From: Sphingomonadales bacterium
GTDB lineage: Bacteria; Pseudomonadota; Alphaproteobacteria; Sphingomonadales; Sphingomonadaceae
NCBI GenBank assembly: GCA_038250735.1
Contig: JBBSCC010000001.1
Coordinates: 3,229-67,228 of the forward strand
Length of the DNA: 64,000 bases
Direction of reading: 5' to 3'
This document shows positions 34,374-44,258 of this stretch, one piece after another. The notes under the pieces are model-generated. The model made no database searches, had not been told where the DNA came from, and worked only from the letters and a program-made list of their open reading frames with translations. A program made the position numbers and the translations under genes. How positions within the stretch are numbered: the first letter of the stretch is position 1; each line of letters starts with the position of its first letter.

Positions 34374-35945
34374 TCAACTTCCCGGTTGGATATACTGCAC
34401 GCGCGCAAACAGCTCCCGCTGCCAGGCACGCGGATTGCGCTCAACGCGCGCGGTCGTATCGAAAATCAGCGTCTGGCGATCGGGGAGCCGGTACGCTGGC
34501 CAGCGCGCCGCGCCCGCAAGCTTGGGATCGCCCGTTTTCGCAAAAGCAACGAACCGCGCCTGCATGGCCTGCGATGCTGCCTGCGCATCAGCCCCCGTGC
34601 CAGTCTGCGATCCCGCCACGCCCAGCGTGCCGAACACCAGCGGGATGTCCATAGTGTGCATCGCGCGCCGCCGGGGATCAATCCGTGCGCCAAAATCGAC
34701 CTGATAGACCCAGGTCGGTGCATCCGCCCCTGCCCGCGCCTCCGCCTCAATCACTTGCCCACGCCAGCTGCGCCCGCAGGTTGTGGCATCATAAAAGATG
34801 TCGATGGGCGACCAATCGGGGAAGCGGGCGCGATATTGGCTGATCACCCATTCGGGCAGGATGTCGATGCGCAGTTCCGGCGCAATCCGATCCGCGAGGT
34901 TGGCCCAGTCGAGCGTCTTCACCCGGTCGCTGTCGGGCGAAATGAACGCCCGGGTTTCGTCATGCGTGTTGCCGAGCAGCATGGGAATGCCGCGCGATTG
35001 CGGCGCGGCATCGGGCCAGAAGGGGTGCCGCGTGAGCCATTTCATGTCCAGCACCGGTCCAAAATACACCCCGCCGCCTAGGATGGGATCCGTCGCCGCC
35101 AACCCGTCGACAAGTTTTTCAATCGACATGGAGAGAAGCGGTGACAAGTCACGCTCGCTCACGCCCAGCTTGCTCAGATAGGCGCGGGTGCGCGCGGTCG
35201 CGTTCAGCGGGCCGGATGCGGTGACTTGCTGGCCGCTCATCGTCGCGGCGCGGTGGAACAGACCCTTGGCGGCAGGCATCGCCATCATGGTCGCGATCTT
35301 GGCACCCCCGCCCGACTGGCCAAACACCATGACGCGGTTCGGGTCACCGCCAAATGCCGCGATGTTGCGTCGTACCCAGTTGAGCGCGAGGATTAGGTCA
35401 AGCTGGCCCGCATTGCCGCTGTCAGGAAAACGCGGATCGAGCCGCGCGAGATAGAGATAGCCAAAGGCATTGAGCCGGTGGTTGACCGTCACCACCACCA
35501 CATCGCCCGCCGCCGCCAGTGCAGCACCATCGTTCAGCGGATCAGTAACGCTGCCACCCGAGTAAGCCCCGCCGTGAATGTAAAGCATCACCGCCCGTCT
35601 GGCGCGCGGGTTCGCCTCTGGCGTCCAGATGTTGAGGAATAGGCAGTCCTCTGATTGCGCGCCGTACCGGCTGCCTGATTGCGGCGCGACGGGGCCAAAG
35701 GCGGCGGTGTCCTGCTGACTGCCGCGTGTCGAGACCGCGACGGGCGCGCGAAAGCGTCCTGCGCGACCATAACGGATGCCCTTTGCGAACAGGACACTGC
35801 CGTCGCTGTGCACCGCAAAGTCGCCGTCGGGTGCGCTGACAAAGTCCGGGGGTGCGGCGCGCGCAGCACGAGGCAGATAAAGCAATGCCGCGCCAGCACC
35901 CCCCGCCGCCATCACCGTGCGGCGGCTGATGTTAGCGCCGGACAT
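34374..35945 (-). CDS. Secreted type-B carboxylesterase/lipase family protein
   Basis: Start chosen at ATG 35945 to keep the Tat-like SRRTVMAAGGAGAALL. EDCLFLNIW, HGGAY and FGGDPNRVMVFGQSGGG (nucleophile elbow) are present. The upstream 92 codons of the track ORF overlap kdgK. Confidence 0.85.
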   Translation of the reverse strand: MSGANISRRTVMAAGGAGAALLYLPRAARAAPPDFVSAPDGDFAVHSDGSVLFAKGIRYGRAGRFRAPVAVSTRGSQQDTAAFGPVAPQSGSRYGAQSEDCLFLNIWTPEANPRARRAVMLYIHGGAYSGGSVTDPLNDGAALAAAGDVVVVTVNHRLNAFGYLYLARLDPRFPDSGNAGQLDLILALNWVRRNIAAFGGDPNRVMVFGQSGGGAKIATMMAMPAAKGLFHRAATMSGQQVTASGPLNATARTRAYLSKLGVSERDLSPLLSMSIEKLVDGLAATDPILGGGVYFGPVLDMKWLTRHPFWPDAAPQSRGIPMLLGNTHDETRAFISPDSDRVKTLDWANLADRIAPELRIDILPEWVISQYRARFPDWSPIDIFYDATTCGRSWRGQVIEAEARAGADAPTWVYQVDFGARIDPRRRAMHTMDIPLVFGTLGVAGSQTGTGADAQAASQAMQARFVAFAKTGDPKLAGAARWPAYRLPDRQTLIFDTTARVERNPRAWQRELFARVQYIQPGS

Positions 35946-36939
35946 CAAGCCCGCCCGCCAGATAAGCGTCGATATCGGCCTGGCGGAACAAGCTGGCATC
36001 GCCCGGTAACGAGTGTTTGAGCGCCGCGAGCGCCAGCCCAGTGCGTGCGGCATCATCGGCGCTGCCGCCGCTGCGCAGTGCGTGGAGCACGCCCGCTGCA
36101 AAGGCATCGCCGCCGCCAATCCGGTCGACAATCCCGGCAAGCACCACTTCCTGCGTTTGTGCGGTCGCTTCACGCGTGTCGATCCGCGCAGACAGGCGGT
36201 GACGATCAGCATCCTCAACATGGCGCGCGGTCGACGCGATCGTTTTCAGCCGGGGGAATGCCGCAAAGGCAGCCTCTGCCGCCTCGCGCCGCCGATCCTC
36301 ACCTCCGCCGGAGAAATCCCGACCCAGCAGCAGTGCGATATCGCGGTGGTTGCCGAACAGCAGATCGGCATGGCCCACCAGCTTGGTCAGTAACGCGCGC
36401 GGATCGCTGTCCCACCGCTCCCATAATTTCGCGCGGTAATTGCCGTCGAACGATACTGGAATGCCGCGCGCGGTTGCCGCTTCGGCGGCAGCAATCGCTG
36501 CATCGGCGCTTACCGGGCCAAGCGCAGGCGTGATGCCTGACAGGTGCAGCCGGTCCACCCTGGCCAACAGCTCCGCCCAGTCCCAGCCATCGGCAGGTGC
36601 TTCGGCGAAGGACGAATGGGCACGGTCATAGATAACTTCGGTGGCGCGCATTCCGGCGCCAGAGGTGACGAAATACAGCCCCATCCGGTCACCACGCAGC
36701 GCGATGCCGTGGGTATCGATGCCGTGCCCACGCAACGTGGCGATCGCGGTGCGGCCCAAATCATTATCGGGCACTGCGCTGACAAAGCCCACATCATGCC
36801 CCAGCCGGGCAAGCGCGGTGGCCACATTCGCCTCTGCCCCCGCCACCCATACATCCAGCTTTGGCGTCTGGAGCAACAGTTCACGCCCCGGAGGCGACAG
36901 CCGCAGCATGATTTCGCCAAAGGCCAGAAACCGGCTCAC
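35932..36939 (-). CDS. kdgK: 2-dehydro-3-deoxygluconokinase (PfkB family sugar kinase)
   Basis: FGEIMLRLSPPG...VAGAEANVA (KdgK-type N-terminus) and GGGDAFAAG at the C-terminus. Context includes kduI, kduD and uxaC. Confidence 0.85.
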   Translation of the reverse strand: MSRFLAFGEIMLRLSPPGRELLLQTPKLDVWVAGAEANVATALARLGHDVGFVSAVPDNDLGRTAIATLRGHGIDTHGIALRGDRMGLYFVTSGAGMRATEVIYDRAHSSFAEAPADGWDWAELLARVDRLHLSGITPALGPVSADAAIAAAEAATARGIPVSFDGNYRAKLWERWDSDPRALLTKLVGHADLLFGNHRDIALLLGRDFSGGGEDRRREAAEAAFAAFPRLKTIASTARHVEDADRHRLSARIDTREATAQTQEVVLAGIVDRIGGGDAFAAGVLHALRSGGSADDAARTGLALAALKHSLPGDASLFRQADIDAYLAGGLDVRR

Positions 36940-37703
36940 CGCGCCAGCCAGCCGCCATCGACCGCCAGGATATGCCCCTGAACATAATCCGCCGCGCTGG
37001 AGGCAAGGAACACTGCCGCGCCGCCAATGTCACTCGCCGCGCCCCAGCGCCCGGCGGGAATGCGCTCAAGGATCGATCGGTTGCGGTTTTCATCGGCCTG
37101 CAGCGCGGCAGTATTGTTGGTAGCGATATAGCCCGGCGCGATGGCATTCACGTTGATGCCCTTTGCCGCCCATTCATTGGCGAGCAGCTTGGTCAGCCCG
37201 CCAATGCCTGCTTTGGACGCGGTGTAGCTTGGCACGCGAATGCCGCCCTGGAACGTCAGCATGGATGCGATGTTGATGATCTTGCCCGTGCCCCCATCCG
37301 CTGCAATCCGCGCCATCATCTGCTTCCCCGCTGCTTGGCACAGGAAGAACACACTTTTCAGGTTGGTGTCGATCACCGCATCCCAATCCGCCTCGGTAAA
37401 ATCAACCGCATCGGCGCGGCGGATGATACCGGCATTGTTGACCAGAATGTCGATCCGACCCAGCTTATCCACCGTTTCATCCACAATTGCGTCCACCGGC
37501 TCAATTGTCGACAAATCGGCGCTGATGATATGCGCCCGGCGGCCCAGCGCGCGGATGTGCGCGGCGGTTTCATCAGCCGGGGTGCGACCGACACAGGCGA
37601 TATCGGCACCGGCCTGCGCCAGCGCCACCGCGATCGCCTGGCCGATGCCGGTATTCGCGCCGGTGACAATCGCCACTTTGCCGCTCAGGTCGAAGCTCGA
37701 CAT
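36936..37703 (-). CDS. kduD: 2-dehydro-3-deoxy-D-gluconate 5-dehydrogenase (SDR)
   Basis: [29 protein letters not shown] and YTASKAGIGGLTK. It sits immediately downstream of kduI (1-nt overlap). Confidence 0.85.
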   Translation of the reverse strand: MSSFDLSGKVAIVTGANTGIGQAIAVALAQAGADIACVGRTPADETAAHIRALGRRAHIISADLSTIEPVDAIVDETVDKLGRIDILVNNAGIIRRADAVDFTEADWDAVIDTNLKSVFFLCQAAGKQMMARIAADGGTGKIINIASMLTFQGGIRVPSYTASKAGIGGLTKLLANEWAAKGINVNAIAPGYIATNNTAALQADENRNRSILERIPAGRWGAASDIGGAAVFLASSAADYVQGHILAVDGGWLAR

Positions 37704-38542
37704 CAGGCCAGCTGGCAAATGTCGAGGACAGTCATGTCGGTATAATCCTGGTTCTCGCCCGCCATCGCCCAGATGAATGCATAAGCGCGCGTGCCCGAAC
37801 CCATATGGATCGACCAGGGCGGCGAGATGACGGCTTCTTCATTGCCCATCACGATGTGCCGCATCGCCTCTCCCTCCCCCATATAATGGAAAACGCGGTC
37901 ATTGGGGCCGGGCAATTCGAAGTAAAAGTAAATCTCGCTGCGGCGTTCGTGAATGTGCGGCGGCATCGTGTTCCAGACAGAACCGGGTTTCAGCACGGTC
38001 AGCCCCATCACGAGCTGCGCCGAATCGCAGATGCCGGGAATGACGAGCTGAAAAATCGTGCGCTCGTTCGATTCCTCCAGGCTGCCGCGCTCAAGCGCAT
38101 TGGCATCAGCGATGGAAAGCTTGCGGGTGGTGAACGCCTTATGCGCCGGGCAGGATGCCAGATAGAACCGCGCACCCGCGCCCGAAAACTCGACATCGGT
38201 CGCGCCCATCGTGACGTAGAGGCAATCCTTGTTGCCCAGCGTGAAGCTTTCGCCGTCAACCGTCACCACGCCGTCAACGCCGCCAATATTGACGATGGCA
38301 AGCTCGCGCCGTTCAAGAAAGGGATGGCCGACTGCAGATGGTGGCTCGGACTGAACGGGCAGCTTTACCGGGGCGTCGGCAACCGCAACGCCGCCAATCA
38401 CGAACCGGTCGGCATGGGTGTAATTGAGCACGCATTCGCCGTCGCGAAACAGCCCGTCGATCAGATAGCGATCACGCAATTCATCATTGGAAACGCATTC
38501 CATCATGTCAGGATGGGTAGCGTAGTAGGTACGGTCAAACAT
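37703..38542 (-). CDS. kduI: 5-dehydro-4-deoxy-D-glucuronate isomerase
   Basis: 279 aa with YATHPD...ELRDRYLI...FVIGG...[18 protein letters not shown]. This is the characteristic KduI cupin sequence. Confidence 0.9.
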   Translation of the reverse strand: MFDRTYYATHPDMMECVSNDELRDRYLIDGLFRDGECVLNYTHADRFVIGGVAVADAPVKLPVQSEPPSAVGHPFLERRELAIVNIGGVDGVVTVDGESFTLGNKDCLYVTMGATDVEFSGAGARFYLASCPAHKAFTTRKLSIADANALERGSLEESNERTIFQLVIPGICDSAQLVMGLTVLKPGSVWNTMPPHIHERRSEIYFYFELPGPNDRVFHYMGEGEAMRHIVMGNEEAVISPPWSIHMGSGTRAYAFIWAMAGENQDYTDMTVLDICQLA

Positions 38543-38557
38543 GCAGTTTCTCCGAAT

Positions 38558-40006
38558 TCAGGCCGCTTTGGCGGCGGCGGCAAGGGGTTGATCAATGCGA
38601 TAGGCGCGGCGGACAAGGCCGCTGGTCAGTTCATGGGCAAGATCGGCTGCTTCCCAATCGGCGATCCGGTGTTCGGCAACCAGCCGGGCCAAAAAGCCGC
38701 AATCGACGCGCCGGGCAACGTCATGGCGCGCCGGGATCGACAGGAAAGCCCGAGTATCATCGTTGAACCCGACACTGTTGTAGAAGCCCGCCGTCTCCGT
38801 CACATTTTCGCGGAAGCGGCGCATCCCTTCGGGACTGTCATGGAACCACCAGGCGGGGCCCAGCTTCAGGCACGGATAATGCCCGGCCAGCGGTGCCAGT
38901 TCACGCGCATAGGCAGTTTCGTCGAGCGTGAACAGGATGATCGACAGCCCCGGCGTCGTGCCGAACCGGTCTAGTAGTGGCTTCAACGCGCGCACATAAT
39001 CAGTACGCGTCGGCATATCAGCGCCCTTGTCGCGGCCATGGCTGGCGAACAGCGCGGCATTGTGGTTGCGAAAACTGCCCGGGTGAATTTGCATCACCAT
39101 GCCGTCCTCAACGCTCATTGCCGCCATTTCGGTGAGCATTTGGGCGCGGAACAGCTCGGCGTCAGCGGCGGTCCAGCTGTCCGTCGTGATCGCGCGGAAC
39201 AGCCGCTCCGCCTCGTCATAGGGCAGATCGGCGGTGTTCGCCGTCGGGTGGCCGTGATCGGTTGCGGTTGCACCTGCCGCCCGAAAATCGGCACGCCGTT
39301 TGCGATGGGCGGCGAGATAGCCTGGCCAGCTAAAAACATCCTCGCCCGTCAATTCGGCAAAGCGCGCCATTGCTGGCTTGAACGCCTCATGCTCCACATC
39401 AATCACGCCGTCGGGGCGGTAGGTGGTCACGACCCGCCCGCCCCAGCCCGAGTTGTGGATGCGGTGATGCGCCGACAGATCATCCTGCGCGCCTTCGGTG
39501 GTAGCCAGAAAATCGATCCTGAACCGATCAAACAACGCGCGAGGGCGAAACGCATCGGTTGCCAGCTTTTCCCCAATCGCGTCGAAATAATGATCGGCGG
39601 TTGCCGCATCCAGCGCAATGTCGATAGCGAACACATCGGCAAAGACATGGTCGAGCCACAGCCGTGATGGCGTGCCCCGGAACAGATGATAATTGGCGGC
39701 GAACAACCGCCATGCCGCGCGCGGATCGGTTGCCGGAGTGCCATTGCGGCCTGGAATCGCCAGCGCGTCCAGTGCGATACCCTGACTGTAAAGCATCCGG
39801 TACAGATAATGGTCGGGCGCGAGCAACAGGCTCGTCGCGTCGGTCCAGGCCGCATTGTCAGCGAACCAGGCGGGATCGGTGTGGCCATGCGGGCTGACAA
39901 TCGGCAGATCGGCAATCTGCGCATATAGCGCGCGCGCAATACCCCGCGTCGACGGATCAGCCGGGAACAACCGATCGGGATCGAGTCGGAGCTGCCGGGC
40001 CGTCAT
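38558..40006 (-). CDS. uxaC: Glucuronate (uronate) isomerase
   Basis: Start at ATG 40006 (AAGGTGGAGA upstream). PIVSPHGHTDP and PDHYLYRMLYSQG parallel the UxaC motifs PI.DYHCHL.P and GDHYKWRAMR. Confidence 0.9.
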   Translation of the reverse strand: MTARQLRLDPDRLFPADPSTRGIARALYAQIADLPIVSPHGHTDPAWFADNAAWTDATSLLLAPDHYLYRMLYSQGIALDALAIPGRNGTPATDPRAAWRLFAANYHLFRGTPSRLWLDHVFADVFAIDIALDAATADHYFDAIGEKLATDAFRPRALFDRFRIDFLATTEGAQDDLSAHHRIHNSGWGGRVVTTYRPDGVIDVEHEAFKPAMARFAELTGEDVFSWPGYLAAHRKRRADFRAAGATATDHGHPTANTADLPYDEAERLFRAITTDSWTAADAELFRAQMLTEMAAMSVEDGMVMQIHPGSFRNHNAALFASHGRDKGADMPTRTDYVRALKPLLDRFGTTPGLSIILFTLDETAYARELAPLAGHYPCLKLGPAWWFHDSPEGMRRFRENVTETAGFYNSVGFNDDTRAFLSIPARHDVARRVDCGFLARLVAEHRIADWEAADLAHELTSGLVRRAYRIDQPLAAAAKAA

Positions 40007-40047
40007 CTCATCTCCACCTTGGTGCATCTTGCGTGCTAATCGGGATT

Positions 40048-40061
40048 GGTAACCGGTGTCA
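40048..40061. promoter_or_regulatory. LacI-type operator candidate (minus strand TGACACCGGTTACC) upstream of uxaC
   Basis: 14-bp near-palindrome with central CG, 42-55 nt upstream of the uxaC ATG. One of four related sites in the locus. Confidence 0.5.
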
Positions 40062-40082
40062 GGCGCCACCGCAAGCGCGTGT

Positions 40083-41111
40083 TTATGACCCCGGCACGGC
40101 GACCGACGCCCGGCGGATCAGCGTCGACAGAAATTGCGAGGGTTCCTCTACCGGATCACTGCCATCAACCCCCGCCAGCAATTTCAGCGCCGCCGACCGC
40201 GCCATCGACACAATCGGCCAACGCACGGTGGTCAGCGGCGGCCACACATGCGCGGCGACAGGCGTATCATCAAAGCCAATGATCGACAGATCACGCGGGA
40301 TATGCAGCCCGCGCTCAAGTGCTGCGTGCATCACGCCCGCCGCCATTTCATCATTTGACGCAAAAATCGCGGTGGGGCGCGGCATCACATCAAGCAACCG
40401 ATCCGCAGCGATGCGGCCCGAATCAAACGTGTAACTGCCATCAGCGACCATTGATCGCGGCAAGGCGATGCCCGCGGCATCGAGCGCCTCCTCAAACCCC
40501 TCACGCCGTTCAAATGCCGAGCGAAAGCCATGCGGCCCAGCAACAAGGCCGATCCGCCGGTGCCCCTGCGCAATCAGATACGCAATCGCGGTGCGCACCG
40601 CTTCCCGGTCATTGGAGGCAACCATGTGCGCTGGATCATCCAGCATGGCGGAACCCATCCGCACGTATCGGCAGCCAATTTCGCTGCATAACCGCGCAAT
40701 TGAATCGTTTTCGCTGATTGGCGGCATCAATAACACGCCAAACAGCCGCTGGCGTTCCAAGAAATGACGCAAATCGTCCAGCATCGTCGCGGAACCGCGA
40801 TCGAGCGGGCGCACCACCATTTCAAATTCAGTGCCATGCAGCGCCTCCAGCATGCCCTGCTGCACATTCATCACCGTTTGCGCGTTGGGATTGTCATGGA
40901 CCAGCCCGATCAGGAAATTGCGGCGCAGCGCCAGCGCGCGGGCCTGCGGATTAGGGATATAGCCCAGATCACCAATCACCTCTTCCACTTTGCGGCGGGT
41001 ATCATCGTTCAGCAGCGGGGATCGGTTGATGACCCGGCTGACGGTCTTTTTCGAAACCCCGGCAATGCGGGCGACATCGTTGATGGTGGGTTGGCCGGTG
41101 CTTTTCATCAT
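40083..41111 (-). CDS. LacI-family transcriptional regulator (candidate hexuronate/pectin locus repressor)
   Basis: PTINDVARIAGVSKKTVSRVINRSPLLNDDTRRKVEEVIGDLGYIPNPQARAL is a canonical LacI HTH plus hinge, followed by a periplasmic-binding-protein-like core. The start is ambiguous (41120, 41111 or 41108). Confidence 0.9.
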   Translation of the reverse strand: MMKSTGQPTINDVARIAGVSKKTVSRVINRSPLLNDDTRRKVEEVIGDLGYIPNPQARALALRRNFLIGLVHDNPNAQTVMNVQQGMLEALHGTEFEMVVRPLDRGSATMLDDLRHFLERQRLFGVLLMPPISENDSIARLCSEIGCRYVRMGSAMLDDPAHMVASNDREAVRTAIAYLIAQGHRRIGLVAGPHGFRSAFERREGFEEALDAAGIALPRSMVADGSYTFDSGRIAADRLLDVMPRPTAIFASNDEMAAGVMHAALERGLHIPRDLSIIGFDDTPVAAHVWPPLTTVRWPIVSMARSAALKLLAGVDGSDPVEEPSQFLSTLIRRASVAVPGS

Positions 41112-41219
41112 CGCCGCCATACTGCGCCCTGCAGTTCGCGAACAGCCCCAGCAATACACCCGGCAATACACTGCGCGCGCTTGCGCCAAGCGCAGCGGTG
41201 CGGCAAAGGCACAGACGAT

Positions 41220-41233
41220 TGATACCGGTTACC
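41220..41233. promoter_or_regulatory. LacI-type operator candidate TGATACCGGTTACC between the lacI-family gene and uxaA
   Basis: 23 nt upstream of the uxaA TTG start and ~110 nt upstream of the regulator start on the other strand. Confidence 0.5.
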
Positions 41234-41255
41234 TGCAATTGAGTGGAGGGCAGTA

Positions 41256-42734
41256 TTGGCGCACGCATGGCAAGTCGACCCTGCTGACACCGTCGCCACG
41301 CTGCTTGATGATGCTGCAGCCGGCGCCCCCATCACGATCGGCGGCATCATCGTGGTCGCGACCACAAGCATCGCTCGAGGGCACAAGATATCGCTGGTGT
41401 CGGTTGCAGCCGGTTCGACGATCATCAAATATAGTGCCGAAATCGGCCGCGCGCGCTTCGCAATCGCCGCCGGTGATCATGTCCACACCCATAATTTGAT
41501 CACCGCGCTAACCGGCACAGTCGAATACCAGCGCGGCGATGGCACAACCGCTGTGCCCTTTTCGACGCACGACCGGTGCTTCGACGGCTATCTGCGTGCC
41601 GATGGCCGGGTTGGCACACGCAACGAAATCTGGATTTTGCCAACGGTTGGCTGCGTTGCCCGAACTGCGCAAAAGATCGCCGCGCGCAGCCATGCCCGGC
41701 ACGCAGGGGCGGTTGACGGTGTCCATGCGCTTGTCCACCCCTTTGGATGTTCCCAACTGGGCGACGATCTGGCCGGCACGCGGCGCATATTGGCCGCGCT
41801 GGCGGGCCATCCCAATGCCGGCGGCGTGCTGATCATCGGGCTTGGTTGCGAATCCATTCAGCTTGATGCGCTGATGGCCGAAATTCCGAAATCTCGCCGC
41901 GCGAACATTCGCACGATGATTGCGCAGACCTCAGCTGACGAACTGGCAGAGGGCGAGGCGTTGGTTGATGCGCTGGTGGCCCAGGCACGCCAGCCGCGCG
42001 TCAGCGTCGGGCTCGACAAGCTGGTGCTCGGGGTAAAATGCGGCGGATCAGACGGGTTTTCGGGGTTGACCGCCAACCCGCTTGTTGGGCGGATGAGTGA
42101 CCAGGTCGCGGGCGCAGGCGGCCAGGTAATCCTGACCGAGATTCCGGAGATTTTCGGCGCAGAACAACTGTTGATGGCGCGCGCCGCGAATGCCGATGTG
42201 TTCGACAGGATCGGCAATCTGGTGAATGATTTCAAAGCGTATTTCCTGTCGAACGACGAGCCGGTTTCGGAAAATCCCTCACCGGGCAATATCGCAGGCG
42301 GCATCACCACGCTGGAGGAAAAGTCGCTGGGCGCGGTGCAAAAGGGCGGGGGCGCGCCAGTGATGGACGTCATCCGCTATGGCCAGCAGGTTGCGGTGCC
42401 GGGGCTGACATTGCTTGAAGCGCCGGGCAATGACGCGGTTTCCTCAACCGCGCTGGCTGCGGCGGGCGCGACGATGATCCTGTTCACCACTGGGCGCGGC
42501 ACCCCGCTTGGCGCGCCGGTGCCGACGGTGAAAATTGCATCAAGCAGCACACTTGCCGCCGCCAAGCCCGGCTGGATTGATTTTGATGCCGGGACGGTTC
42601 TCGACCAAGGGATGGACGCCGGGGCCAATGCCCTGATGGACCAAATCATCGCCATCGCCTCCGGCAAAACAACCGCTGCCGAACGGAATGACGAGCGCGA
42701 AATGGCGATCTGGAAACGGGGCGTTACGCTGTGA
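41256..42734 (+). CDS. uxaA: Altronate dehydratase (UxaA family hydro-lyase)
   Basis: N-terminal SAF domain (ARGHKISL...IIKYSAEIGRA...GDHVHTHN). UxaA C-domain (GVKCGGSDGFSG, NIAGGITTLEEKSLGAVQKGG, FTTGRGTP). TTG start at 41256 lies 6 nt after GGAGGG. Confidence 0.9.
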   Translation: MAHAWQVDPADTVATLLDDAAAGAPITIGGIIVVATTSIARGHKISLVSVAAGSTIIKYSAEIGRARFAIAAGDHVHTHNLITALTGTVEYQRGDGTTAVPFSTHDRCFDGYLRADGRVGTRNEIWILPTVGCVARTAQKIAARSHARHAGAVDGVHALVHPFGCSQLGDDLAGTRRILAALAGHPNAGGVLIIGLGCESIQLDALMAEIPKSRRANIRTMIAQTSADELAEGEALVDALVAQARQPRVSVGLDKLVLGVKCGGSDGFSGLTANPLVGRMSDQVAGAGGQVILTEIPEIFGAEQLLMARAANADVFDRIGNLVNDFKAYFLSNDEPVSENPSPGNIAGGITTLEEKSLGAVQKGGGAPVMDVIRYGQQVAVPGLTLLEAPGNDAVSSTALAAAGATMILFTTGRGTPLGAPVPTVKIASSSTLAAAKPGWIDFDAGTVLDQGMDAGANALMDQIIAIASGKTTAAERNDEREMAIWKRGVTL

Positions 42735-44191
42735 CGCGGCTCAGCTATGCGGCGCTTGGCGGGTTAGACGCGGCGATCCAGCGGCCCGCGCGTGCAGCAC
42801 CACCGACGCTTGGCATTGTCCATTTCGGGCCAGGCGCTTTCCACCGCGCGCACCAGGCAAGCTATATCGATACCCTGCTTGATCATGATCCGCGCTGGGG
42901 GATTGCTGCGGTCGCGCTGCGCAGCAAAGCTGTAGTCTCGGCGCTGGAATCGCAACAAGGGCTGTACACGATTGCGGTGCGCGATGCGGCCTGTTCGCAC
43001 CGGATCGTGGGGGCGCACGGTGCTTGGTTGGGGGCTGATCAGGGCGATGCGACGCTGACGCTGCTGAGCCGGTCGGCCATCAAGCTCGTCACCACCACCG
43101 TTACCGAAAAGGGATATTGCCTAACCGCTGAAGGTACGCTGGATCAGGCCCATCCCGATATTGTCCATGACCAGCGAGGCGATCGGCCACCGCGCAGCGT
43201 GATTGGCTGGATTGTGGCGGGGCTTGGTGCGCGCCGCAATGCTGGCATGCCGCCCTTTGCCGTGATGCCGTGCGATAATCTGGCGCGCAATGGACCCAAG
43301 CTGAAGGCCGCGCTGACCGCCTTTGCTGCCCTGCGCGATGGCGATCTTGCCGCCTGGATTGAAGGCGAGGTGCATGTGCCATCGACCATGGTCGATTCGA
43401 TCACGCCCGCCAGCGACGATGCTCTGCTGGCTGATGTGCGAGCATCATTGGGCTTGATTGACAGCATTCCAGTGCAGCGCGAATCCTTTTTCCAATGGGT
43501 CATCCAAGATATTGGCACATCAATTGGCCCTGACCTGGCATCGGTTGGCGCCGTCGTGACGTCAGATATCGCCGGGTATGAGCGAGCCAAGTTGCGCATT
43601 CTGAATGGCGCGCATTCAACGCTTGCCTATGCCGGGCTGCTGCGCGGCCATGGCAGCGTGGCCGATGCCATGGCGGATCCGGCGCTTGCCGCGTTCGTCG
43701 ACGCGATGATCCGCACCGACATTGCGCCGGTGCTGCCGCAGGTGACCGGGCTTGATCTGGATCATTACCGCGCGGCCGTGCTTGATCGGTTTCGTAACCC
43801 GGCAATCCTCCACCGGCTTGATCAGATAGCCCAGGATGGCACCCAGAAACTTCCCTATCGCCTAGCCGATACGATTGATGCCAATCGCAGGGCGGGAAAA
43901 ATGCCGATCTTTGCCGCCACCGCAGCAGGCTGCTGGGCAGCCTTTGTCCTCCGGCGCGTGCGAGAGCGGGCGGCGTTGATTGATCCCGCCGCGGATGCGC
44001 TGTTTGCTGCCGCTGATGGTGCCAGCCCGGCGATCTTCGTCGACCGGGTGATTTCTGCCGGTCTAGGTTTTCCGCGCCATTGGCACAACGACCCGGCGAC
44101 GGTCCGGCGGATATCCGGCGCTGCTCAAGCGGCGTTTGACGGGGCATGGCCGACCTTGTTTCATGCAGGGGACATCGGAGACAGCCATTGA
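42731..44191 (+). CDS. Mannitol-dehydrogenase-family hexuronate reductase (UxuB-like fructuronate/tagaturonate reductase)
   Basis: IVHFGPGAFHRAHQA, TVTEKGY, CDNL..NG, TMVDSITP and ILNGAHS resemble my recollection of E. coli UxuB rather than UxaB. GTG start overlaps the uxaA stop. Confidence 0.85.
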   Translation: MTRLSYAALGGLDAAIQRPARAAPPTLGIVHFGPGAFHRAHQASYIDTLLDHDPRWGIAAVALRSKAVVSALESQQGLYTIAVRDAACSHRIVGAHGAWLGADQGDATLTLLSRSAIKLVTTTVTEKGYCLTAEGTLDQAHPDIVHDQRGDRPPRSVIGWIVAGLGARRNAGMPPFAVMPCDNLARNGPKLKAALTAFAALRDGDLAAWIEGEVHVPSTMVDSITPASDDALLADVRASLGLIDSIPVQRESFFQWVIQDIGTSIGPDLASVGAVVTSDIAGYERAKLRILNGAHSTLAYAGLLRGHGSVADAMADPALAAFVDAMIRTDIAPVLPQVTGLDLDHYRAAVLDRFRNPAILHRLDQIAQDGTQKLPYRLADTIDANRRAGKMPIFAATAAGCWAAFVLRRVRERAALIDPAADALFAAADGASPAIFVDRVISAGLGFPRHWHNDPATVRRISGAAQAAFDGAWPTLFHAGDIGDSH

Positions 44192-44202
44192 CACCGGTTT
44201 CC
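44189..44202. promoter_or_regulatory. LacI-type operator candidate TGACACCGGTTTCC upstream of the FAH/ExuT/LamG/DUF885/GH43 unit
   Basis: It overlaps the reductase stop codon and lies 57 nt upstream of ATG 44259. Confidence 0.45.
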
Positions 44203-44258
44203 CTTCGCCGCACTGTGCTACAAAATAAACGACATGCTGGCCAAAATACGCGGCCAAA

